From Candidatus Latescibacterota bacterium (lineage in GTDB: Bacteria; Latescibacterota; UBA2968), in assembly GCA_965204745.1 (NCBI GenBank), contig OZ242010.1, positions 2,176,001 to 2,240,000 of the forward strand: a stretch of 64,000 nucleotides of DNA. Direction: 5' to 3'. Positions 57,401-64,000 of this stretch are shown piece after piece. Both the position numbers and the translations under genes were made by a program. Positions within the stretch are counted from its first letter, which is position 1. Each line of letters starts with the position of its first letter. The notes below the pieces were generated by a model that saw only the letters and a list, made by a program, of their open reading frames with translations, was not told the origin of the DNA and searched no databases.

Positions 57401-59212
57401 ATAGCCCTCGCCGGGCGTGACTGTCACACCCGTCACTTGCCCCACTTCTGTCACCACTGTGACCGGCCCCGTCACCTGCGCGGGCGTCACGGTGACCGAT
57501 CCCGTCGTCAAGTCCCCGCTACCGGAATGGGCCGCGGCCTTCACGGTCACGCGCAAGCTCTGATTCGCGTCAAAACCCAACCCGGTATAAGTGAGCGTCA
57601 GTTGGGCGACGGTGGCGGAGGTTCTGACGGGCGTACCGCTGATGCTCGCGCCCTGAGGTGCGGTGTGCAATGCGAAGTGGTCGGCGTCGAGAGTCTCGTT
57701 GTAGGTGGTGCCGGTCAGGGTAATGTTGACTTTTGCCCCGTCGAGATTTGCCTCTGTCAGCGCGTCCGGAACCGTCGATGAGATCGTTGCCCCCTCTACC
57801 GTTGTCCCACCGGTTGCCGTGGCAGTGAAAGTCACGGACTTGTCAATGTCCGAGACGTCGATAATTGCCTTAACTGTATTCGCGCCCGCAGCACCTAACG
57901 TCAACCTCGTCGAGGCACGCCCGTCGGCGTCGGTTGCATCGGTTGTGGTACTGAGCGACCCGCCGCCCGCCGTGACCGAAAAAGCGACCGGCACCCCGGC
58001 AAAGGCGACGTCGTTCTGATCCCGCACTTCAACGATGAACGGATCGGACAGACGAGAACTAGCCGTGCCGGTTTGGTCATCGCCCGAGATTTTTACCAAA
58101 CTGGTCAAGGTGCGGGCATCGTAGCTCACATAAACGCCTCGGGACCGAAAGGCGGGGATATGCGTGGCGAGGGAAGGATAGGTCAAAAAATTACCACTAA
58201 GATACAACTCGGTCAGGCTAGTTAAGCCGGATAGCGACGAGATGTCCGAGACGCCGGTGTTGGAAAGACTCAACTCTCTCAGGCTGGTAAGCCCTTGAAG
58301 CGACGAAATATCCGAGACGTTGGTGTAGGAAAGCCCCAGCGAGAACAGGCTGAGACCCTTAAGCGGCGAGATATCCGAGACGTTGGTGTTGGAAAGACTC
58401 AGATCTCTCAAGCTGGAGAGACCCTTAAGCGGCGAGATATCCGAGACGTTGGTGTAGATAAGACGCAGAGATATCAGGCTGTTAAGCCCTTGAAGTGCCG
58501 AGATATCCGAGACGCTGTTTTGGCTAAAAGACAGCGAGGTCAGGCTGGTTAAGCCCGACAGGGCCGAGATATCCGAGATACGGTTGTCGGAAAGATGCAG
58601 AACTGTCAGGCTGGTAAGCCCTTGAAGCGACGAAATATCCGAGATGCGATTGCCGGCAAGATCCAGCGCGGTCAGACTAATTGCATGTTCCAGCCCGGTC
58701 AAATCGCTAATTCCCCTCGAACTAAAATAAAGGCCAGTCAAGGTCGCCATCTCACTTGGGGTAATGATCGCACCGCTCGATTTTTTCAGTGCGCCCTCAA
58801 TGGCAGCACGCAAGTTGGCGTCGGGGATGTTCACGCCGCGCTCAACGGTCACTGTGTAGGTTTTCGTCGTGGTCCCATCTTCTGCGGCAACCACAATGGC
58901 AATGGTGTTTTCGCCCACACCGAGGGAAATGGCACTGCTCGCACTGCCGCTCGATACCGAAGTGCCGTTCACCGTGATCGTGGCGCCGTTGTGATTGCTC
59001 GTCGGCGTGACGGTCAGGCTGGTTGTATTGTTCGCCACGGTCGTGGTGTAGGCGAGCGAGTCGCGGGCGAAGGCCGGATCCAGCGTCCCTGCCGAGAGCG
59101 TCAGGCCGCTCAAATCCGCATCGCTTGAAGCGGTATTCTGCGCGGCGGATTCGCCACAGACAACGAGCAGGGCGCAGAGCAGAAGAACGGAGCTAAAAGG
59201 GCGATAGGTCAT
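54458..59212 (-). CDS. Internalin-like LRR surface protein with ~2.0-kb internal tandem duplication and C-terminal dockerin-like domain
   Basis: Identical landmarks at 56161 and 58171 (2010 bp apart); DIDGDGQVDFADF. Confidence 0.88.
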   Translation of the reverse strand: MTYRPFSSVLLLCALLVVCGESAAQNTASSDADLSGLTLSAGTLDPAFARDSLAYTTTVANNTTSLTVTPTSNHNGATITVNGTSVSSGSASSAISLGVGENTIAIVVAAEDGTTTKTYTVTVERGVNIPDANLRAAIEGALKKSSGAIITPSEMATLTGLYFSSRGISDLTGLEHAISLTALDLAGNRISDISSLQGLTSLTVLHLSDNRISDISALSGLTSLTSLSFSQNSVSDISALQGLNSLISLRLIYTNVSDISPLKGLSSLRDLSLSNTNVSDISPLKGLSLFSLGLSYTNVSDISSLQGLTSLRELSLSNTGVSDISSLSGLTSLTELYLSGNFLTYPSLATHIPAFRSRGVYVSYDARTLTSLVKISGDDQTGTASSRLSDPFIVEVRDQNDVAFAGVPVAFSVTAGGGSLSTTTDATDADGRASTRLTLGAAGANTVKAIIDVSDIDKSVTFTATATGGTTVEGATISSTVPDALTEANLDGAKVNITLTGTTYNETLDADHFALHTAPQGASISGTPVRTSATVAQLTLTYTGLGFDANQSLRVTVKAAAHSGSGDLTTGSVTVTPAQVTGPVTVVTEVGQVTGVTVTPGEGYLDVSWNAVNGATGYKVQWKSGEALYASDRQQVIGNGGTTSATIPGLTAGTEYTVCVIATLTNADDGPPSVGVTGTPIARTQPPSPPPTPPSPTSSDDADLSGLTLSAGTLAPAFARDSLAYTATVANSTTSLTVTPTSNHNGATITVNGTSVSSGSASSAISLSVGENTIAIVVTAEDGTTTKTYTVTVERGVNIPDANLRAAIEGALKKSSGAIITPSEMATMTDLYFSLREISDLTGLEHAISLTALDLAGNRISDISSLQGLNSLTVLHLSDNRISDISALSGLTSLTSLSFSQNSVSDISALQGLNSLISLRLIYTNVSDISPLKGLSSLRELSLSNTNVSDISPLQGLSLFSLGLSYTGVSDISSLQGLTSLRELSLSNTNVSDISSLSGLTSLTELYLSGNFLTYPSLATHIPAFESRSVYVSYDARTLTSLVKISGDDQTGTAGSRLSDPFIVEVRDQNDVAFAGVPVAFSVTGGGGALSTTTDATDADGRASTRLTLGAAGVDTVVAAIDVTDIDKSVNFTATATGGTTVEEAAISSTVPDALTAANLDGAKVNITLTGTTYNETLDADHFALHTAPQGASISGTPVRTSATVAQLTLAYTGLGFDANQSLRVTVKAAAHSGSGDLTTESVTVTPAQVTGPGTVVTELAQVTGVEVMSGVRYLDVSWNAVNGATGYKVQWKSEDAVYASDRQRVIGNGGTTSSTIPGLTAGTEYTVRVIATLTNADDGPPSVGVTGTPADFIGLTLTAGTTISITLPQVTGGYGTLTYSLTPDLPSGLTFDATTRVIAGTPREVMDETEYTLATDGDGATLTFTISVIADRLPAFGTSTRVAAQRYIIGDSIRVTLPEATGGDGTLVYILLPFLPSGLRFDSATRTISGMPSRVLTETEYTLSALDADGDSASLTFTLEVQRPTADIDGDGQVDFADFLSFVGKFGTRRGDAEYDARYDLDSDGEIGFSDFLIFASNFGTGG

Positions 59213-59263
59213 GATGATACTCCTCTCAAAAAGAGTGATACTGCTGGTAATCCCATTAAAAAA

Positions 59264-59293
59264 AATATACGCGATTTAGGATACGACAGTCAA
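59264..59293 (-). promoter_or_regulatory. Sigma70-type promoter copy
   Basis: Identical to 54390-54419. Confidence 0.6.
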
Positions 59294-59602
59294 TTTTTTT
59301 GGCATTTGACTTGATCGACAACGGTGTTGCCCTTTCGAAAAAAGAAAATGCTCATCTGCATACCAATGGCGTTCAAATAGCGTTCAAGGTCCCCAAAGGT
59401 GAAACTCCCGAATTGATTAGATCGACAAAACGCTATAAATTATCGAGCACAGCACCCAATTCGCGGGGATGATTTTTTTTGTTTTGAAACGCGCTCGGTA
59501 TCTTTCTGTGCCTTCCAACTTCCACATAGCCAAGATATTCTCTCACCTCTCACCTTTGGGATGTGGGATTAATCCGCGATTCAGACAAAGTTGTTCTGTC
59601 CC

Positions 59603-59630
59603 TTGACATTTTCTTTTTTCATCGTACAAT
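59603..59630 (+). promoter_or_regulatory. Sigma70-type promoter of the TA operon
   Basis: TTGACA-N16-TACAAT. Confidence 0.7.
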
Positions 59631-59654
59631 AGATGGTATCTAAAGGAGGTCGTT

Positions 59655-60056
59655 CTGAACATTGTGATTGACACGTCAGCGATTATTGCGGTGATCGTCG
59701 CTGAACCCGAGAGAGACGCGATTATTGCGGCGACATGGGGGCACGCACTTATCGGCCCCGGTTCTATTCCTTGGGAAATTGGGAATGCCTTCTCGGCGAT
59801 GATAAAGCAACGTCGCGTCAATGTTGCAGATGCCCAGCAGGGGCTGGAGATTTTCGACAGCATCCCGTTGCGATATGTGGATGTTGACATGGCAAATGTC
59901 CTGTCTATCGTTGCCCGAGTAAACGCGTACGCTTATGATGCCTACTTTTTGGACTGCGCCTTGCAACAGGCGGCCCCTTTGTTGACATTGGATCGATCTC
60001 TTAGACGTGCCGCAGGTACCCTCGGCGTCGATCTCATTGATTTGGAGAAAAAATAA
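59655..60056 (+). CDS. PIN-domain (VapC-like) toxin; probable CTG start
   Basis: IDTSA, WEIGNA, YAYDAY, LTLD; AAGGAGG 5 nt before in-frame CTG 59655 (the track uses GTG 59664). Confidence 0.85.
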   Translation: MNIVIDTSAIIAVIVAEPERDAIIAATWGHALIGPGSIPWEIGNAFSAMIKQRRVNVADAQQGLEIFDSIPLRYVDVDMANVLSIVARVNAYAYDAYFLDCALQQAAPLLTLDRSLRRAAGTLGVDLIDLEKK

Positions 60057-60057
60057 A

Positions 60058-60321
60058 ATGGCAGTCTATACGTACTCAGAAGCCAGACAGAAACTCGCCA
60101 GCGTGCTCGATGAAGCCGAGACTACGGGTAAGGTTCTCATTCGCAGAAAAGATGGCAGGACGTATGCCCTGGTGCCAGAGCACTCACCCACATCACCCCT
60201 GAATGTTCCCGCTATTGAGGCGGACATCTCCACGCGGGAAATCGTCACACTCGTCAGGGAGCAAAGAGGCAAAACAAGGGGCGTTGGGACGAAGGGCGGG
60301 GTTAATCCGCACAATTCATAA
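60058..60321 (+). CDS. Phd/YefM-family antitoxin
   Basis: YTYSEARQKLASVLDEA...VLIRRKDG; ATG 1 nt after the toxin stop. Confidence 0.85.
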   Translation: MAVYTYSEARQKLASVLDEAETTGKVLIRRKDGRTYALVPEHSPTSPLNVPAIEADISTREIVTLVREQRGKTRGVGTKGGVNPHNS

Positions 60322-60353
60322 CTCCGCGACAATCCGCGATTCAGACAAACAAC

Positions 60354-60385
60354 AAGCCCGAGTTCCTTGCGAACCCGGGCTTTTT
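60354..60385 (+). terminator. Terminator copy after the TA operon
   Basis: Same hairpin as at 41320 and 49651. Confidence 0.75.
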
Positions 60386-60532
60386 GTTTGGCGTAGGCGG
60401 ACGGATAACGGACGACGGACCGCTGACCGCGATTTAGAAAACAGTTGCTATTGTGGGCGTTTTGGGCGACTTTGGAAGTCGTTGTCTATCTTCGATTTTG
60501 TTGCGCGTTGTGAAACACAGAGGGTTACACCT

Positions 60533-62506
60533 GTGGCAGAAGCATCGACATATCCGACAGAAACCGCTGAGGTTCATCGCGGTCGCGCTGTCACGCCTCG
60601 GTGCGTTTTGGCGGGCATTGGGATCATCATCCTGACGGTGTTGTGGGACGAGTGGACCGCCTATTACATGCGCGGGTCCAACATCAGCCGCAGCCATTTT
60701 CCCATGGCATTGTTCTTTCCGTTTTTGTCCTTGGCCGTGGTGAACATGCTCACGCGCCTGATCCGGCCTTCTGCCGCGCTCACGCCCTCCGAGTTGCGCG
60801 TGGTGTTGGGGATGGGGTTGGTCGCTGCGATTGTGCCTTACGATGGCGTGACCGGGCATCTCATCGGGGTGTTGGCCGGGGTGTACTATTTTGCCACGCC
60901 GGAAAATGGTTGGGATGTGTACTTGCATCACCACATCCCGACGTGGTTGGCGCCCCAAAATGACGCCGGTGCCATGAACTGGTTTTACGAAGGCACGCCC
61001 GCAGGACACATGCCCGCGGTCAGCGCGTGGGCCACGCCCCTGTTTTGGTGGACGTGTTTCTTGGGCGCGGTGGCGTTTGCGATCTTCTGCCTCGTCGTGA
61101 TGTTGCGCCGGCAGTGGGTCGATCACGAGCGGTTGACCTATCCCATCGTCGAGGTGGGCAAGTTGTTGACCGAAACAGAAGCGGGCGGCAGGCTCAGCCG
61201 GGTCTTTTGGTCGCCCCTGTTCTGGATCGCGTTTGGCATTGTCATGCTGATGAAAGTGTGGAACATCGGGTCGTATTTCATGCCTGCTTTTCCGCCCATT
61301 CCATTTGAAGGCGGGCAGTTTCGGTTTTATCCCGACTTTCCCTTTTTGATCCGCAGGGTCAGTTTTTACGCGATTGGATTCGGGTACTTTGCGCGCTTGG
61401 ACGTGTTGTTCAGTGTTTGGGTGTGGGTCTTTTTGTCCGGCTTTGAGGTCTTTTTGTTCAACCGATTTGGGTACACCCCAGGCGCGGCAGACCGGCAGTG
61501 GCAAAGCCCTGCGCTGGGTTGGCAAAGCGGGGGCGCGCTCATTTTTTTGGCGATCTGGAGTTTGTGGATGGGCCGGCAACACCTCGTGGATGTTTGGCGA
61601 AAAGCCACGCGCACGGGGTGGGAAGGCATTGACGACGGCCGGGAATTGTTGTCCTATCGCACGGCTGTGATCGGCCTGCTCGCCTCCTTGGCATTTGTCG
61701 TCGCGTGGTTGTACGCCGCCGGGATGGACCTGTTCGTCATTCTGACATTTGTGCCGATCTCCCTCTTGACATTTTTGGGGCTTTCCCGCGTGGTCGCCGA
61801 ACTGGGCTTGGTGTACGTGTATTACCAAGTGCAGCCCTTTGACGCGGTTTTGCAAATTTGGGGCACGCCGACCATTGGCGGGCAAAGCGTGACGACCCTG
61901 TCGTTTATGCGCGTCTTCAACAGCGCGGGCAAAGGCTATGTCATGCCCGCGATGACGCAGTCGGTCAAGGTGGTTGACGGCGTGGTCAAACCCCGACAAA
62001 TCGCCCTGATGATGGGGGTGTCCCTGGTCGTGGGCTACATCGTTTCCGTCGCCAATACCCTGTATTTGGGCTATGCGTATGGCGCGTACAACTTGGGCAA
62101 CATGGGCTTGAAGAACGCGGCACCGGGCGCGCTTAACAAGGCGATCAATGCCATCCGCAATCCGATTCCCATGGGCGGCAAGGGCGGGTTGGCCCTGTGG
62201 GCCGTCATCGGCGCAGTCGCCATGGGCGGGTTCACGCTGGCGCGCTATTGGTTGCCGTGGTGGCCCCTGCATCCGATTGGCTTGGCTATCCAAGGCAATT
62301 ACGGGGTGACAAAGATCGTGTTTTCCATCGTGATCGTATGGGCCGCCAAGTCCCTGCTGATGAGCATAGGCGGCGTAAATCTGTACGAACGCGCCAAGCC
62401 CTTTTTCGTGGGCTTGATCGTCGCACAGGCCGTCAGCACCGCGCTGGTCTTTGCCCTCGACTGCGTGTGGTTCCCCGCACGCGGGCACAATGTGCATAAT
62501 TACTAG
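60533..62506 (+). CDS. Multi-pass membrane protein (DUF6785/DUF6784-like, putative transporter); start approximate
   Basis: Many TM helices; RRQWVDHERLTYP, WWPLHPIG, KPFFVGL. Confidence 0.7.
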   Translation: MAEASTYPTETAEVHRGRAVTPRCVLAGIGIIILTVLWDEWTAYYMRGSNISRSHFPMALFFPFLSLAVVNMLTRLIRPSAALTPSELRVVLGMGLVAAIVPYDGVTGHLIGVLAGVYYFATPENGWDVYLHHHIPTWLAPQNDAGAMNWFYEGTPAGHMPAVSAWATPLFWWTCFLGAVAFAIFCLVVMLRRQWVDHERLTYPIVEVGKLLTETEAGGRLSRVFWSPLFWIAFGIVMLMKVWNIGSYFMPAFPPIPFEGGQFRFYPDFPFLIRRVSFYAIGFGYFARLDVLFSVWVWVFLSGFEVFLFNRFGYTPGAADRQWQSPALGWQSGGALIFLAIWSLWMGRQHLVDVWRKATRTGWEGIDDGRELLSYRTAVIGLLASLAFVVAWLYAAGMDLFVILTFVPISLLTFLGLSRVVAELGLVYVYYQVQPFDAVLQIWGTPTIGGQSVTTLSFMRVFNSAGKGYVMPAMTQSVKVVDGVVKPRQIALMMGVSLVVGYIVSVANTLYLGYAYGAYNLGNMGLKNAAPGALNKAINAIRNPIPMGGKGGLALWAVIGAVAMGGFTLARYWLPWWPLHPIGLAIQGNYGVTKIVFSIVIVWAAKSLLMSIGGVNLYERAKPFFVGLIVAQAVSTALVFALDCVWFPARGHNVHNY

Positions 62507-62580
62507 ATTGATTTTAGGCGGGCGATTGCGTATTCTGCACGCGCTTGTAGCGAACACCACATTCAACGAAAGGATATGAG

Positions 62581-63417
62581 ATGGAGCTCACGTACATGAT
62601 GTTCACAAAGCACCTCGAGGGCATGGATATTCCCGAGATCATCGAGGCACTCCAAGACGTGGGGGTGCAAGGGGCTGATTTGTGTGTGCGCCCGGGATAT
62701 CCGGTGAATCCGGAAAATATCGCCGGGGCATTGCCGGATGCGGCCAAGCAGTTTGAGGCCGCGGGCCTGTGCATTCCGCTGGTGACGGCCCCCGGGGATT
62801 TTAGCCGCCCGGACCTCGACTATGCCGAGCGTTATTACGGCGCGTTGGGCGATGCGGGTGTGCCGCATGTCAAGTTGGGGTACTGGCACTGGTCGGCCGA
62901 GAAACACTATTGGGATCAGTTGGAGGAAATCCGAGGCTGGATGGCGGGCTTTGAGAAATTGTCGGCAAAGCACGGGGTGAAAACAGTGGTCCACAACCAT
63001 TCGGGCAAGTCGATGGGCCTCAATTCGTGCGCGATCATGAACGTGGTCAAGGGGTTCGATCCCGCGCATGTGGGCGTGTTTTCCGATCCGGGGCATTTGT
63101 CGATCTGCGGCGAGCCTATCGAAATGGCATTGGACATCGTGCGCGACTACCTCTCGGTGCTGGCATTTAAGGATTTGATTCGCCAACGCCCCTTGGGGCG
63201 ACCCACGCAAGGCGCGCCCACGGGCGGCACCATGCGCTTGGGGCAGGGCTTTGGCGATTGGCCCGCGGTGGTGCAAACGCTGGATCGCTTGAACTTTGAA
63301 GGGCCGGTGAGTTTCCACAGCGAATACAGCGGCGAGCCAGTGGAAACCGTGATCGACCTCGCGCGGATCGACGTGCGCTTTTTTGATGCGATGCGGGCGC
63401 AATACGAAGGCGCGTAG
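62581..63417 (+). CDS. Sugar phosphate isomerase/epimerase (AP endonuclease 2-type TIM barrel)
   Basis: FTKHL, VRPG, HNHSG, DPGH, KD, HSEY. Confidence 0.8.
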   Translation: MELTYMMFTKHLEGMDIPEIIEALQDVGVQGADLCVRPGYPVNPENIAGALPDAAKQFEAAGLCIPLVTAPGDFSRPDLDYAERYYGALGDAGVPHVKLGYWHWSAEKHYWDQLEEIRGWMAGFEKLSAKHGVKTVVHNHSGKSMGLNSCAIMNVVKGFDPAHVGVFSDPGHLSICGEPIEMALDIVRDYLSVLAFKDLIRQRPLGRPTQGAPTGGTMRLGQGFGDWPAVVQTLDRLNFEGPVSFHSEYSGEPVETVIDLARIDVRFFDAMRAQYEGA

Positions 63418-63426
63418 GAGACGAGC

Positions 63427-64000
63427 ATGGACCAACACCCCAACATCTTGCTCATCATGAGCGACGAACACGATCCCGCGGTCACCGGTTGTTACGGTCA
63501 TCCCCACGTTGACACGCCGCACTTGGACCGCCTCGCATCCGAAGGCGCGACTTTTGAGAATGCGTACACCGCTTGCCCGATCTGCGTGCCGGCGCGCCTG
63601 TCCTGTATGACCGGGCAGTACATCCACCAAATCGGCGCGTGGGACAATGGCTCGTCCCTGCCCGATGCCGTCCCCACGATGGGCAGTTATCTCGAAGCCG
63701 CCGGTTATGAGACCGCGCTGTGTGGGCGCACGCATTTTGTCGGCCCTGATCGCCTGCGCGGTTTTGGCGAACGCCTGTTGGACGACGCGGAAAAATGGCA
63801 ACATGGGCGCACGCCTTCTCGTGCGCCCAATGCCCGACGCGGTAGCAACAGCCACGTCACCGAATGCGGGCCGGGCGACCACTGGCACAACGCTTATGAC
63901 CGCACGGCCGCGGATCGCTCGGAACGCTTTCTCAAATCCCGCGCCCAATCCCCAGATCGCCCCTTCCTCCTGTACACGGGGTTCATAAACCCGCACTTCC
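63427..64000 (+). CDS. Sulfatase (choline-sulfatase-like), truncated by the window end
   Basis: Manual translation MDQHPNILLIMSDEH...DTPHLDRLA...CPICVPARLSCMTG with the CxPxR motif; AGGAG RBS. Confidence 0.88.
   Translation, partial: MDQHPNILLIMSDEHDPAVTGCYGHPHVDTPHLDRLASEGATFENAYTACPICVPARLSCMTGQYIHQIGAWDNGSSLPDAVPTMGSYLEAAGYETALCGRTHFVGPDRLRGFGERLLDDAEKWQHGRTPSRAPNARRGSNSHVTECGPGDHWHNAYDRTAADRSERFLKSRAQSPDRPFLLYTGFINPHF

Noticed and set aside
41376-59212. Diversity-generating retroelement behind the near-identical repeats
   Set aside because: No reverse transcriptase in the window, the copies are mostly coding, and I saw no adenine-restricted mismatch pattern (not computed).
60434-63996. 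710-aa and 477-aa ORFs on the - strand
   Set aside because: Shadows of the membrane protein, epimerase and sulfatase genes in GC-rich DNA.

Overview
64-kb, GC-rich bacterial window. The style of the genes (PhyH and sulfatase genes, giant dockerin-tailed LRR/GLUG surface proteins, dense intergenic repeats) suggests a marine or sponge-associated Latescibacterota/Gemmatimonadota-type genome; this is inference only. Housekeeping genes (lptF/lptG, mtaB, rpsA, plsC, cmk, queF, lepB, FKBP PPIase) alternate with accessory modules: a type III-like restriction subunit followed by a TIR gene, an Rpn nuclease, an HNH gene, an ABC-ATPase/nuclease pair, a toxin-first PIN toxin-antitoxin pair and five very large modular secreted proteins. 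The best-supported discovery is a complete IS621-like IS110 element (21889-23180). Its bridge-RNA guide loops can be read directly from the sequence, and they point at the host's own dispersed 7-bp repeat; an empty copy of the target lies at 11867-11894. Also notable: a C24 tract in frame in the leader of a 2.6-kaa adhesin that is bracketed by ~240-bp inverted repeats; the same ATGA junction splitting off the C-terminal dockerin-like module in two different adhesins; a catalytically degenerate QueF coupled to an intact QueF; and several accessory cassettes bounded by repeats. No rRNA, tRNA or CRISPR array was recognised. All calls were made by eye, with no database searches.
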